Source of the DNA: Candidatus Uhrbacteria bacterium
Lineage (GTDB): Bacteria; Patescibacteriota; Patescibacteriia; 2-12-FULL-60-25
Direction of reading: 5' to 3'
Length of the DNA: 64,000 bases
NCBI GenBank assembly: GCA_020854265.1
Contig: JADZFU010000003.1
Coordinates: 28,408-92,407 of the forward strand
Under the pieces are notes generated by a model. That model was not told the DNA's origin. It saw only the letters and a list, made by a program, of their open reading frames with translations, and searched no databases. This document shows, piece by piece, positions 1 to 9,424 of this stretch. The translations under genes and the position numbers were made by a program. Every line of letters starts with the position of its first letter. Position 1 is the first letter of the stretch.

Positions 1-486
1 CAAATCCGTCAAAAAATCGGCATTGTCTTCGGAAACCCGGAAACAACCACAGGCGGAAACGCTCTCAAGTTCTACTCATCCGTTCGCATCGAGGTTCGCC
101 GCTCGGCTCAAATCAAAATGGGAGAAAAAATCATCGGAAACCGCGTCAAAGTCAAAATCGTCAAAAACAAAGTTGCCGCACCGTTCCGCACAACCGAATT
201 CGACATCATGTATAACGAGGGTATCTCGCTCCCGGGTGATACGCTCGATACCGCCGTCGAGCTCGGCGTGGTTGCAAAGTCCGGCAATTCCTATGCGTAT
301 GGCGCAGAAAAGCTTGGAGTTGGCCGAGAAAACGCCAAGTTAGGGCTCAAAGAGCGCCCTGCCCTCATGAAAGAAATCCGAGAAAAATCCTTGGTGGCTT
401 GGCAGGAGCGCGAGTTGAGCGAATCCGGTTCCAAAACACCTTCCGACGATGCCGAAGAGGGGGACGAAGCATCGTCGGCCGAATAG
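1..486 (+). CDS. recA: RecA recombinase, C-terminal part (5' end lies outside the window)
   Basis: Frame 1 is open from base 1: [34 protein letters not shown], then [23 protein letters not shown]. This is the conserved RecA core and C-terminus. Stop TAG at 484-486. Confidence 0.9.
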   Translation, partial: QIRQKIGIVFGNPETTTGGNALKFYSSVRIEVRRSAQIKMGEKIIGNRVKVKIVKNKVAAPFRTTEFDIMYNEGISLPGDTLDTAVELGVVAKSGNSYAYGAEKLGVGRENAKLGLKERPALMKEIREKSLVAWQERELSESGSKTPSDDAEEGDEASSAE

Positions 487-507
487 TGGTAACATAGGGC
501 CGTTACC

Positions 508-2778
508 ATGGGTCGCAAGAAACAGCCAAAATTCGATTTATCGCTGGACGCGGACACCCGCAAGGGAGTGGCCATCGTCTTTCTATTCTTTTTCTCGCTT
601 CTATTGCTCCTGTCGTACTTTGATTTGGCAGGAGCATTTGGGCGCGTTTTGAACGATGGTATTTCGTATGTATTTGGCTGGGATAAGCTCCTTCTGCCAT
701 TCCTGCTCATGGCATGGGCGTACCATATTTTAGCGCCGGACCGGCTAAACCTTCGTTTCATGAATACGGCAGGATTCATTCTGTTTTTCCTGACGCTGAA
801 TCCATTGGTCCACGCCCTGACATTTCCGATTGAAGAAGTCGTAGCCGACGCGGCTTTGATGCAGGCTGGAGGAAAGCTGGGAGAAGTCATTGCCCTGCCG
901 CTCATCCGCATGCTCGGCATGGCCGGATCCATTGTCCTGCTCGTTGCATTGCTCATCGTCTCCATTCTTTTAAGCTTCAATGCATCGCTTAAACAAATCC
1001 TGTTCTTGATCGACGGAGCCGCCAAGGCCGTCATTCTGTTTTTCCGCGGTCTGCTCATGCCCTTCCGTCTTTGGAAGGATAGCCGCGTGCGTGCACAAGG
1101 AGGCAGCATGCCATCTCAAGTAATGGAGGAAATGGAATCCGAAGAACAAGAAGCAGAAGAAGACGCACCTGAAGAGGAAGAGCCTTCAGAAGAGGACGAA
1201 GAAGAAGTCGAAGATGACGAAGAATCTCCTAAAGTAAAACCCAAGCCTCGCAAACGTTATCCGAAAGTGGAAATCCCGTTTGAATTGCTCGAGCGTCGCG
1301 ACCAGCGCCCCACGTCCGGCGATATCGTCCATAACCGCGAAGTAATCCGCCGAACGCTTGAAACGTTTGGGATTCCTGTCGAAATGGGCGAGGTGGCTGT
1401 CGGCCCGACCGTGACTCAATTCGCGCTTAAACCGGCCGACGGTATCAAGCTCACTCGCATTACCGGATTGCATAACGATCTTGCGCTTTCGCTTGCTGCA
1501 CATCCGATCCGTATCGAAGCCCCGATTCCTGGAAAATCCTTGGTAGGTATCGAGGTTCCGAATCAAAGCGTGGCAACGGTCGGGCTGCGAGAATTGCTCG
1601 AGGCCCGCGAATTCCGCGAGCGCAAAGGCGCACTCTCGTTCATTCTCGGGAAAGACGTATCAGGCAAGCCGTGGGTAGGCGATCTTTCAAAGATGCCGCA
1701 CTTGCTGGTTGCAGGTGCCACCGGTTCAGGTAAATCTGTTTGTCTCAATATCATCGTCATGTCCTACCTCTACGCGCTTGGACCCGATGATGTGAAATTC
1801 ATCATGGTTGATCCAAAGCGCGTCGAGCTTCAGGTGTATAACGGAATCCCGCATCTGCTTACTCCCGTTATCACCAAGGTTCCGGAAACGGTTAATGCGC
1901 TCAAGTGGGCATTGCGCGAAATGGACCGCCGCTACGATTTGCTTTCCAAAATCGGAGTACGTGATTTGGCGGGATACAATGCCAAGGTTCAAGAAAAGCT
2001 CCCGTTCATTGTTGTTCTTATCGATGAGCTTGCAGACTTGATGGCGACATCGGCCTCCGAGGTAGAAGGCCCTATCGTTCGCTTGGCACAAATGTCGCGC
2101 GCGGTCGGTATCCATTTGGTGCTTGCAACCCAGCGTCCGTCCGTGGATGTCATCACCGGCCTCATCAAGGCAAACATTCCGGGCCGCATTGCATTTGCCG
2201 TCGCATCAGCAACGGATTCGCGCACCATTCTTGACCAGCAGGGTGCAGAAAAACTCCTTGGCCGCGGAGACATGTTGTATTCAACAGCCGAACTTGCCAT
2301 GCCCAAGCGTATTCAGGGCGCATTCGTATCCGAAACAGAAATCGGTCGCGTAGTAGAATTCGTTAAATCAAAGTACGAACCAGCCGACTACGACTTCTCC
2401 GTTACCGAGCGCCCGTCGGCTGGCGGTACATCCTTTGGCGATGGCGGAATGGATGCCGAAGACGCCGATCCGATGATTCCTGCAGCCAAAGAAGAGATTC
2501 TCCGTGCCGGAAAAGCTTCCGCGTCTCTGCTCCAACGTCGTCTGAAAGTGGGATATGCCCGAGCTGCGCGCCTGCTCGACCTGCTTGAGCAAGAAGGATT
2601 TATCGGTCCGGGCGACGGAGCCAAGCCGCGCGAGATCCTGAAAGCGGATTTCAGCAAGCACATGGAACCCATCCCTTCTCCTCAAGGCGATGATGAAGAA
2701 TCCGAAGAAGAAGCAGATGATGAGGAAGTCGAAGAAGAAGTTGACGACGAAGAAGCCGAAGAGGAAGATCAAAAATAA
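508..2778 (+). CDS. ftsK: FtsK/SpoIIIE DNA translocase
   Basis: 756 aa. N-terminal TM segments, acidic linker, Walker A GATGSGKS, VVLIDELADLM, ATQRPSVDVITG, and a C-terminal winged-helix gamma domain (ASASLLQRRLKVGYARAARLLD). Confidence 0.9.
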   Translation: MGRKKQPKFDLSLDADTRKGVAIVFLFFFSLLLLLSYFDLAGAFGRVLNDGISYVFGWDKLLLPFLLMAWAYHILAPDRLNLRFMNTAGFILFFLTLNPLVHALTFPIEEVVADAALMQAGGKLGEVIALPLIRMLGMAGSIVLLVALLIVSILLSFNASLKQILFLIDGAAKAVILFFRGLLMPFRLWKDSRVRAQGGSMPSQVMEEMESEEQEAEEDAPEEEEPSEEDEEEVEDDEESPKVKPKPRKRYPKVEIPFELLERRDQRPTSGDIVHNREVIRRTLETFGIPVEMGEVAVGPTVTQFALKPADGIKLTRITGLHNDLALSLAAHPIRIEAPIPGKSLVGIEVPNQSVATVGLRELLEAREFRERKGALSFILGKDVSGKPWVGDLSKMPHLLVAGATGSGKSVCLNIIVMSYLYALGPDDVKFIMVDPKRVELQVYNGIPHLLTPVITKVPETVNALKWALREMDRRYDLLSKIGVRDLAGYNAKVQEKLPFIVVLIDELADLMATSASEVEGPIVRLAQMSRAVGIHLVLATQRPSVDVITGLIKANIPGRIAFAVASATDSRTILDQQGAEKLLGRGDMLYSTAELAMPKRIQGAFVSETEIGRVVEFVKSKYEPADYDFSVTERPSAGGTSFGDGGMDAEDADPMIPAAKEEILRAGKASASLLQRRLKVGYARAARLLDLLEQEGFIGPGDGAKPREILKADFSKHMEPIPSPQGDDEESEEEADDEEVEEEVDDEEAEEEDQK

Positions 2779-2780
2779 AT

Positions 2781-3482
2781 ATGGGCTTCGTCATGAAGCG
2801 TGTGAACGGTTCCGAAGCGCTCGGACCCGACTTGCGCGAGTTGCGCGAGCGCGGAGGCCTGACCATCGAAGCCGCGGCACGCGTGTCAAAACTTACTCCG
2901 GCCTTTATCCGTGCGCTCGAGGCCGAGCGCTGGGAGGATTTACCGGACCCTGCCTATGTCGAGCGTCTGCTCCGCAGTTATGTTGCACGGTTCGGGGTAA
3001 ATGAGTCCTACTATCTTCACAAGTACCGCGAAGGACTCAAACGCCGCGACATAGAAAAAAACCCGGCTGATTTTTTACCTCGTCCGATTAGGCTGAGTAT
3101 TGGATCCATGTTGGTCGCACCCCGTTTATTGGCAGCTGCTGGGTTTTTTATTTTTGCCGGTTTGCTTGGCGGATACGTGTACATGCAGGCGAGTGCAATG
3201 AGCACTCCGCCGGAAGTCGAGCTCCTCACTCCCGAGGACGGTTTAAAGCTTGATGGTCCTGTGCTCCGTGTTGCCGGGAAGACAGCTATCGGTGCGAGCG
3301 TTCGCGTAAACGGGGTTGAGGCGCCTGTCGATCCGGAAGGGAATTTTCGTCTCGATATCAATGTTCCGCGCGGGACCACCATGATCATTGTGACGTCCCA
3401 GCGCCGGCATAGCCGAGAGTCCACCGTAGTCCGCCGCGTTATCTACGACCGTGAGCTTCCTCAAATACCAAACAGCGAGTAG
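2781..3482 (+). CDS. Helix-turn-helix, RodZ-like membrane-anchored protein
   Basis: N-terminal HTH-like LRELRERGGLTIEAAARVSKLTPAFIRALE, one TM segment (LLAAAGFFIFAGLLGGYVYM) and a C-terminal extracytoplasmic domain. The start could instead be Met-5 at 2793. Confidence 0.55.
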   Translation: MGFVMKRVNGSEALGPDLRELRERGGLTIEAAARVSKLTPAFIRALEAERWEDLPDPAYVERLLRSYVARFGVNESYYLHKYREGLKRRDIEKNPADFLPRPIRLSIGSMLVAPRLLAAAGFFIFAGLLGGYVYMQASAMSTPPEVELLTPEDGLKLDGPVLRVAGKTAIGASVRVNGVEAPVDPEGNFRLDINVPRGTTMIIVTSQRRHSRESTVVRRVIYDRELPQIPNSE

Positions 3483-3503
3483 CGGAAATCGCTACTCGCT
3501 GTT
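3471..3503 (+). terminator. Hairpin terminator overlapping the stop of the RodZ-like gene
   Basis: aacagcgagtagcg-gaaat-cgctactcgctgtt, a 14-bp perfect stem, followed by tgtt. Confidence 0.6.
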
Positions 3504-3697
3504 TGTTCCTCGATCAAAGGCTGCAGCGGTCCGCCATGCGGAATGCCCTTCGGAACACGGCGCAGAGAGAGAATCCGCCAGCAGGAGTACCCGTTGATGG
3601 ATGGCCGCACACCGGCAGGCACGCATACGTTCCGCCGCAGTCTCCGATCGGAGAACGTTTCGAGCATAGTGCCGGATCCAAAGAAGCGTCAATAGAA

Positions 3698-3727
3698 AAC
3701 ACCCCCGACCGTCTGTCGGGGGTGTTT
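3698..3727 (-). terminator. Intrinsic terminator closing the island 1 minus-strand genes
   Basis: aacacccccgac-cgtct-gtcgggggtgtt. On the minus strand it is followed by ttttct. Confidence 0.65.
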
Positions 3728-3750
3728 AAGGGAGTCGAGCCGGAGCTCGT

Positions 3751-3903
3751 TCAGTTGTCCGCGGGGGTGTCCTTGGGAGCGGGCAGCTTCGGAACGGGAA
3801 TGTCCCGTTCGTATTCGGGCGGCGGAGGATTCTCCGAGCTCCGCACGACTTGGGCGTAGTCCGCCACGCTCACGATGACCGTCTTTTCGCTCTCTTCTTC
3901 CAT
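3751..3903 (-). CDS. Small proline-rich hypothetical protein (50 aa), missed by the ORF track
   Basis: Translated by hand: MEEESEKTVIVSVADYAQVVRSSENPPPPEYERDIPVPKLPAPKDTPADN*. GGAGG lies 5 nt upstream of the ATG at 3903. The terminator at 3698-3727 follows directly. Codon third positions are GC-rich, as in the rest of the island. Confidence 0.3.
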   Translation of the reverse strand: MEEESEKTVIVSVADYAQVVRSSENPPPPEYERDIPVPKLPAPKDTPADN

Positions 3904-4019
3904 TCAGCCTCCGGGAGAACGATTGTGCACAAGGAAGCAGATTCTGTCGAGTATCCACAGATGAAAACCCCCCGCGGCCGAGAACCGGCAGCGGGGGATT
4001 CGGGGTTCGGATCAGGTGA

Positions 4020-5144
4020 TCACGCCGAGTAGCGCGTGTTCTTGTCCTTCGCCTCCTTCAAGAAGTGGATCTTGCAGAGCTTGTCGTCGAACAGCTTCTG
4101 CATGTTCTCCTGCGCGAACTCGATGTTGGACTGGATCGCCGCCATCGACGGCGACGCCATGACCGCCACGAATCCGGCCGGGCAGACCCCGTGGGACTTG
4201 TGCGGCGCGATGACCGCGCAATCGTCACGGAACTCCGGGATGATGTGCGGGGTCAGCCCGAACGCCATGTTGAACGGAACCGACGACGAGGTCTTCTGGA
4301 CCTCGAGACGGTCCTCGCGGTCGACGAGCGCGGTGTAGAAGATGCGGTTGGCGTTCCGCTTCTCCGGCGGGAGCTCGCGCAGCTTGTGCGGCGGGACCCC
4401 GATGGTCCGGCCGAGCATGCGCTCGCACGGGTTCCACTTGGCCTCCAGCATGCGCTGGTAGGACAGCTGGAGCGTCCGCGGCCCGGGCCGCTGGTACTCC
4501 GACTGGAAGTAGCGGAAGCTCCTCCGCAGCTCCGCCGGCAAGCGGAGCAGGGAGTGGCGCAGGTAGTACGCCTTCATGCGCACCTCCTTGCCCTCCTTGT
4601 CCACCAGCGGGTAGAGCCGGTTGTTCTCGGGGTTGCGCACGCGCCCCTCGAGGTAGCCGCGCGTCCGCTCGTCGAACATGGGGCCGAAGTTGTGCAGGAG
4701 CTCGTCCGGATGGACCTCGTCCTGCTCCTCGATCACCACGTTGACGTCGACCACGAGCTGGCCGTGCTGGATCTGGGGGAACCAGACCAGCTCGAAGCGC
4801 GGGCTGTAGTAGGCGCCCAGGCTGTTGACCCGGTCGAGCGAGAGCATGGTGCGCACGGAGAAGTGCCGGTGGTGGTGCTGGTGCAGCTGCTTCGCCAGCC
4901 GCTTCTCCTCGCGCTCGAGGTCCGCCTCTTCTCCCTTGCCGGTCATCAGACCGAACAGGAAGACGGCTTCCTCGTCGTTGGCGATGTCGAAGCGCGTGTC
5001 GCGCTCGTTGGAGGTTCCGCCATCGGCGCCCGGCTGGGCGTCGTTCGGGATCTCCTCCTCGCCTGCGCGGGCGGCGGCGGACTCGTCCTCGTCGTCGAGG
5101 GCGCTCGTGTGCTCTTCGGATGCGGGTGCGGTGCTGATCGTCAT
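4020..5144 (-). CDS. Hypothetical protein (374 aa) with an acidic N-terminus
   Basis: Start chosen at Met-45 of the 4020..5276 ORF because GAAGGAGAG lies 4 nt upstream. Amino-acid composition is balanced (K, F, Y, N, W), unlike the R/L/V/D-rich overlapping frames. No domain recognised. Confidence 0.6.
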   Translation of the reverse strand: MTISTAPASEEHTSALDDEDESAAARAGEEEIPNDAQPGADGGTSNERDTRFDIANDEEAVFLFGLMTGKGEEADLEREEKRLAKQLHQHHHRHFSVRTMLSLDRVNSLGAYYSPRFELVWFPQIQHGQLVVDVNVVIEEQDEVHPDELLHNFGPMFDERTRGYLEGRVRNPENNRLYPLVDKEGKEVRMKAYYLRHSLLRLPAELRRSFRYFQSEYQRPGPRTLQLSYQRMLEAKWNPCERMLGRTIGVPPHKLRELPPEKRNANRIFYTALVDREDRLEVQKTSSSVPFNMAFGLTPHIIPEFRDDCAVIAPHKSHGVCPAGFVAVMASPSMAAIQSNIEFAQENMQKLFDDKLCKIHFLKEAKDKNTRYSA

Positions 5145-5457
5145 CGGTCTCTCCTTCGGCCAAATGGCCATTCGAACGTTTTTTTGAAAAAAACCTGTTC
5201 CGAAACGCGAGCCGCCAGTATCGGCGACTCGCATAGATGTAGATTGTGAACGTACGCGCCCGATATGATCGGACAAATAAATGGGGACCGCTTGCGCTAA
5301 TGTCCGAGGGTTACTGTCCTGCCGAAATTAATCGACAGGCGTTGAAGCTCCTCGCAGGAGGCAAACGACATTCGGGATTGAACGCCCCTCTGAAAATGTT
5401 TCTTGCGAAACATGCTCGGAGGGACGGATCTCGCTTGAGGAAGCGAGATCCGGAGAG

Positions 5458-6054
5458 TCAGCGCGGAATGCGCCAACGCGGGTGGATGCGCGGTACGAAC
5501 CGCGTCTTGCCCGTCTTTCGGTCCTTGATCGGGAAGGATCGCAGGCGCTCGTAGCGTGCTCGATCTCCGTGGAGATCGTCGAGACGCTGCAGGAGCACCT
5601 TTCGATGAGCCATGGTGCGCTCGATGTCGCGCAGCAGGAAGTACTCGTCGGCCGCTTCGCGAAACGGTGCCAGCCGTTCGCGGATCAGGGCCGCGAGACG
5701 GGGTCCGTCATGCATACGAGCCGGCGGATCGTAGGGCTTGGGACGGAGCTGTTGGAGCTTGGCCACGAGCATGTGCTCGTCCGCCAGCTCCAGCCGCTCG
5801 AAGGTTCCGCGAAGCTCGTCGAGCTGGGTTTCCTCGAGCATGCTCGGCAGCAAGAGGATGTCGATGCCCTTGAGCGCCGACGTCAGGACGAAGAACTTTC
5901 CGTCCCGAAGCTGGGTCTGGATATCCTCGACGTGGCGTTGCCGCTCGTCGGGATCGTCCGCAAGGAGGATGAACTCCTCGATCTCGCCTGCCGTCTTTTC
6001 GACGGCCGTGAGCCATGCGTCGCCATCTTCGGCGACATAGGTGCCGAAACTCAT
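5458..6054 (-). CDS. Hypothetical protein (198 aa)
   Basis: ATG at 6054 preceded by AAGGAGAA, about 11 nt upstream (long spacing). An alternative GTG at 6096 lies inside the upstream hairpin. No domain recognised. Confidence 0.5.
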   Translation of the reverse strand: MSFGTYVAEDGDAWLTAVEKTAGEIEEFILLADDPDERQRHVEDIQTQLRDGKFFVLTSALKGIDILLLPSMLEETQLDELRGTFERLELADEHMLVAKLQQLRPKPYDPPARMHDGPRLAALIRERLAPFREAADEYFLLRDIERTMAHRKVLLQRLDDLHGDRARYERLRSFPIKDRKTGKTRFVPRIHPRWRIPR

Positions 6055-6180
6055 GATAAAAGGTTCTCCTTCTTGGGATTCCGTTTGGTCTCCCACTTCT
6101 TTCCCGAAATTCGTTATTCGCGATTCGGGATAGAAGTGGGAGGCTGAGACGAGAGGACAAGCAATCGTCTCGCCTCAGCC
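6055..6180 (-). repeat. Leader cassette, island 1 variant
   Basis: Read on the minus strand: stem-loop ggctgaggcgagacg...cgtctcagcc, then a long hairpin ctcccacttct/agaagtgggag with inner stem tcccgaa/ttcggga. The hexamer AATTTC sits at the loop edge (cgAATTTCggga). AAGGAGAA and the ATG follow. Confidence 0.5.
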
Positions 6181-6194
6181 ACGGTGAGTAGGAG

Positions 6195-6713
6195 CTAGGC
6201 GCTCCCACCGCGCAGGTAGTCGGGAGGCGCGAGCCTCTTGGGGCGGTGTCGGTTGAACTGCCCCATGATTTCTCCGACTCTGATCATTCCGGCGGGCCCG
6301 AGGCCCTCGATCTGCCGCACAAGGGTGGCAATCGCGGGACCGAGCGATTCCGGTCTGAGTTTGCGGGCCCGAAGGGCCGCGCGCGAGCGCGCCGGAGTAT
6401 TCCGGCAGCGCTGTTCCTCGAGCCGGCGGACAAGCACGGCGGCGAGGAAGTCGATCTGGTGATGGAGGCACTCGCCCTTCACGGGCGCGGCCACCGTCAG
6501 ATCTTGATAGAGGAGCGGGGAAGGCTCGCTCTCCGACCCCTGTTTGAGGGGGCGTGCCATGAGGAGCGTTTCCGGGTTGAGCGTGTAGCCGGTCGTTTCC
6601 ACGACCTGCTGCCACTCGGCATTGGTCAGGTTGCTCGGATTGAGCTCCCTGAGCGGATCATCTCGTCGCCAGCGCTTCGCGTCAGCGACGATCCAATCGT
6701 CTCGTTCCATCAT
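6195..6713 (-). CDS. Hypothetical protein (172 aa)
   Basis: Start set at the MMERDDW methionines (6713/6710). The region upstream in the same frame is Arg-rich junk. The SD is weak. No domain recognised. Confidence 0.45.
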   Translation of the reverse strand: MMERDDWIVADAKRWRRDDPLRELNPSNLTNAEWQQVVETTGYTLNPETLLMARPLKQGSESEPSPLLYQDLTVAAPVKGECLHHQIDFLAAVLVRRLEEQRCRNTPARSRAALRARKLRPESLGPAIATLVRQIEGLGPAGMIRVGEIMGQFNRHRPKRLAPPDYLRGGSA

Positions 6714-6760
6714 TTTGTCTCGCTTTCTTCGGCGGTTCACCCGCCGGTTTCTGGAGGCCG
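6714..6760 (-). repeat. Degenerate leader cassette
   Basis: Read on the minus strand: ggCCTCCagaaacc, hairpin ggcgg-gtgaa-ccgcc, then GAAGaaagcgagacaaa-ATG. It shares the CCTCC...hairpin...CCGAAG order but lacks a good SD. Confidence 0.3.
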
Positions 6761-6896
6761 GCACCCTGATGCAGGAGCATCGGAGCGCCGGGGAGAGAAT
6801 AGGGAGGGCATTATGGTCCAGCGTCGGCCGGAGCGTAATGTCTCTCCTATCAAGAACCTCCAAAAATCGGCAGGCGAAACAGTCAAAGAACCGTGA

Positions 6897-6925
6897 ACCT
6901 TACACAAAATCTTGGATTTTGTCAA
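6897..6925 (-). promoter_or_regulatory. Sigma-70-like promoter inside island 1
   Basis: Minus strand: TTGACA (6925-6920), 17-nt spacer, TAAGGT (6902-6897). It follows two hairpins downstream of the 7036 gene. Confidence 0.45.
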
Positions 6926-7035
6926 GAATCACGGACAATCGTATCGGGTAAAAACCCCGACCGGAAGATCCGAATGAATCGGATATTCCGGGAGGGCCGG
7001 GTCCGTGAGTGATCACGGACCCTGGCCAGATGCCA

Positions 7036-7548
7036 TCAGGCATCAGGAGGAAGGTGCAAAGTTGCGCGGTCGGCTTCGTATCGGAGTCTGCCTCCGCGTA
7101 CGAACGGTCCGCGCGAGTCGAGAATGTGCATGGTGAACATGTTGTCCAAGTCCACCGTGACATTCGCGACCCAGTCGCGCATGAGCATGGCGCCGATCTG
7201 CTCTTGGATCACGATCTGGAACTGGCGCGTGCGGCGCGAGAACGGGATGCGCACTTCCCAGACACACACCGAATGGTGATAGTCCGTCGAGCACATCTGG
7301 AGTCCCGCACCGCGCGAGACGCCGAGATCGTCGGCATACGCGACGCCGCGCAGGTTCGGACGCGAACGGGAGCTGATGCCCCATCCGCCGTAGCGCTGAT
7401 CGACCGTGAAGGTGATCACCGCGCGGTAGGAGCCGAGCTCGCCGACGCGACCCGTTTCCGGATCACGGTACTCGCTGCGGCTGGTGGCCGCCATGAGCCC
7501 GAGTACGGCGAAGAACGCGAGAACGAGCATGTAGGCGACGTTCTTCAT
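7036..7548 (-). CDS. Secreted hypothetical protein (170 aa)
   Basis: Signal-peptide-like N-terminus MKNVAYMLVLAFFAVLGLMAATS. GAGGA lies 3 nt upstream of the ATG. The gene starts 6 nt after the stop of the upstream gene. Confidence 0.6.
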   Translation of the reverse strand: MKNVAYMLVLAFFAVLGLMAATSRSEYRDPETGRVGELGSYRAVITFTVDQRYGGWGISSRSRPNLRGVAYADDLGVSRGAGLQMCSTDYHHSVCVWEVRIPFSRRTRQFQIVIQEQIGAMLMRDWVANVTVDLDNMFTMHILDSRGPFVRGGRLRYEADRATLHLPPDA

Positions 7549-7554
7549 CGTTCC

Positions 7555-8013
7555 TCAGCTCGCCATCTGCTGGCGCTGGATGTCGAGCACCATGGCCTCG
7601 ATCTCCTCGTCGGAGAACGAGACCGGCGCCGTCTTGCCGACGAGCGAGTGAAGCCGCTTCTGGGCGGTGTCACGGCGCTGGGTCAGCTCGTAGCGCGGCT
7701 TGGTCGCGCTCTCGTAGAGCACGTGCGCGAGCGAGTTCGCGACCACGTAGAGGTCGGCCGCGCTGTGCTCACCGCGGTGGATGGTGCACAGCATCGCGAC
7801 TCCCTCGCGCGTGAACGGATCGAGCTCGCGCGGTCCCTTGGCCCCGAAGGCCCACAGGAACTCGCCCTGCGAGAACCGCAGGAAGCCCTCGAGCTCCTTC
7901 TTGGGGAGCTTGGGGGCCGTGGCGTTGCAGTCTTCGGACATGAGCTGGCCGAAGTAGGCCGACATGTCCTGGAGCTTGCGCACCATGGCGAGACGGCACT
8001 GGAAATCGTCCAT
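7555..8013 (-). CDS. Hypothetical protein (152 aa)
   Basis: Only the distal part of the 7555..8811 ORF is used (MDDFQCRLAMVRKLQ...). GGAGG lies 5 nt upstream of the ATG at 8013, within a leader cassette. Confidence 0.55.
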   Translation of the reverse strand: MDDFQCRLAMVRKLQDMSAYFGQLMSEDCNATAPKLPKKELEGFLRFSQGEFLWAFGAKGPRELDPFTREGVAMLCTIHRGEHSAADLYVVANSLAHVLYESATKPRYELTQRRDTAQKRLHSLVGKTAPVSFSDEEIEAMVLDIQRQQMAS

Positions 8014-8090
8014 CGGAACCTCCGGTTTGGAACCACCACGAAATTGTGATGGGTCCGAGTGGAGGTCCGAGCCGTAGGGATACGGCTCGG
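8014..8090 (-). repeat. Leader cassette (full architecture, minus strand)
   Basis: Read on the minus strand: SL1 ccgagccgta-tccc-tacggctcgg, aCCTCCactcgg, SL2 ccatcac-AATTTC-gtggtgg, aaaccGGAGGttccg-ATG(8013). Confidence 0.65.
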
Positions 8091-8120
8091 GACCTAAGTT
8101 GGGTAAGTTGGGGGAGAGTG

Positions 8121-9014
8121 CTACGCCGCGAGCGGCGAGCGGAGCGGGCTCGGATTGTGGGTCCGGTAGCCCGCGCGGCGCGGATCGAGCTCGCGCGCCC
8201 GCATCTCGACCTTCGGGCGGTAGCCCTTGATCTTGGCGAGCGCGGTCTCGAGCTCCTGCTTGGTCGCCTTGGAGGGCGACGGCAGCTCGATGTACTCGAG
8301 CTTGACCCGCTTGCTCGCCGCGAAGGCGAGCAAGTTCTTGACCTCCGTGCGGCAGGCCTCGTAGAGGCGCTGCAGCTCGGCGAGCTCGGCCGCACGCTTC
8401 TCGGCGGCTTCGCGCTCGAGTCGCTTGCGCGTCTCGAGGTCGGCGGTCCAGATCGTGACGGTGTGTGCGAGCCGCTCCCTCAGCTTCTCGAGCTCCTCGT
8501 TGTCGAGGGACTTGAAGCCGCGGGGCAGCATCGGGCACGCATCGCGCCGATCGAGCTCGCAGGCGAGACCCCAGCACATGGGCTGGAGCTTCTCGCACTG
8601 CTTGAGCAGGTCTCGGTGCATGGCCTCGTTGGCCAAGCGCTCGAGTCGCTCCATGTCGCTCTCCGACTCGGGCTCGTCGAACAGGTCGACGATCTCGGCC
8701 TTGGGAGCGGAGCTCGGCACGAGGTTGTGCTTCTCGCGCACGCGCTTCACGAGCACCCCAGCCTTCTCGGCGATCACGCCGTAGCTGTCGATGCCCTTGT
8801 AGATGCGGCACACCACGAGGATGGCCACGCGCGTCTTGCGCGGCAGGAACTTGGGGCTCGAGCGCTTGAAGGCGCCGCGCACCAGCTCCGTCTGGGTGAA
8901 GTACAACTCCGGCGGGAGCTCCTTCCTGCTCATCGAAGCCGGCATGAGGTTGGCGGGCTTCGCCGACACGAGGGCCTTGAGGGTCTCGAGCCGAGCCACG
9001 AGCTTCTCGATCAT
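8121..9014 (-). CDS. Hypothetical protein (297 aa), coiled-coil-rich
   Basis: AAAGGAGAAAG lies upstream of the ATG at 9014. Composition is charged and heptad-like (ELEKLRERL, RKRLEREAAEKRAAELAELQRLYE). No domain recognised. Confidence 0.6.
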   Translation of the reverse strand: MIEKLVARLETLKALVSAKPANLMPASMSRKELPPELYFTQTELVRGAFKRSSPKFLPRKTRVAILVVCRIYKGIDSYGVIAEKAGVLVKRVREKHNLVPSSAPKAEIVDLFDEPESESDMERLERLANEAMHRDLLKQCEKLQPMCWGLACELDRRDACPMLPRGFKSLDNEELEKLRERLAHTVTIWTADLETRKRLEREAAEKRAAELAELQRLYEACRTEVKNLLAFAASKRVKLEYIELPSPSKATKQELETALAKIKGYRPKVEMRARELDPRRAGYRTHNPSPLRSPLAA

Positions 9015-9424
9015 GATCTTTCTCCTTTTAAAGGACGGGGGACATTCCCCATTTTCGATTTCCGATCTTGCGATCAGACTTCGGAAACGGGGCGGGTGGT
9101 GAGAGAGATGAGTCTTGATCTAGGATCAGAGGACTTTTGTTCTTCACCACCCGCCTTACAGTCAGGAACTCTCGAAAGAGCAAACCGTTTTTCTTTTTTC
9201 GGGTCGTCTGGTTAACGCCCGTTCTTTATTTTTAACGATGTTCACCCGCCGATCATGACTTGTTTTTTTTGATCGATCGGCAGCGGTGGGTGCCTCGTCT
9301 CATGCGGATTGGTTTAGTGGCGCATGCTGCCGGCGTTATTTTTTGTCCTGCCGGCTTCGGACGTTTTTCCTTTCTTGATGTGCGTTGCGTGGAGTCCGGA
9401 TCCGCCGGACGCGGTGGGCGCGGA

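Noticed and set aside
3514-3702. A Cys-rich 62-aa minus-strand ORF between the RodZ-like terminator and island 1.
   Set aside because: Its start codon lies inside the terminator hairpin at 3698-3727, and it has no SD. It is probably a chance ORF.
4065-5249. Long overlapping ORFs in other frames and strands of island 1: 4065-5249 (+), 4225-5163 (-), 5482-6147 (+), 6246-6896 (+), 7009-8049 (+), 8046-9215 (+), 9260-10375 (+), and the N-terminal 266 aa of 7555-8811 (-).
   Set aside because: These are typical high-GC shadow frames: R/A/G/L/V/D/H-rich, almost no K/N/F/Y/I, and no SD-plus-start context. The chosen minus-strand genes have balanced composition, SD sequences, signal peptides and matching terminators.
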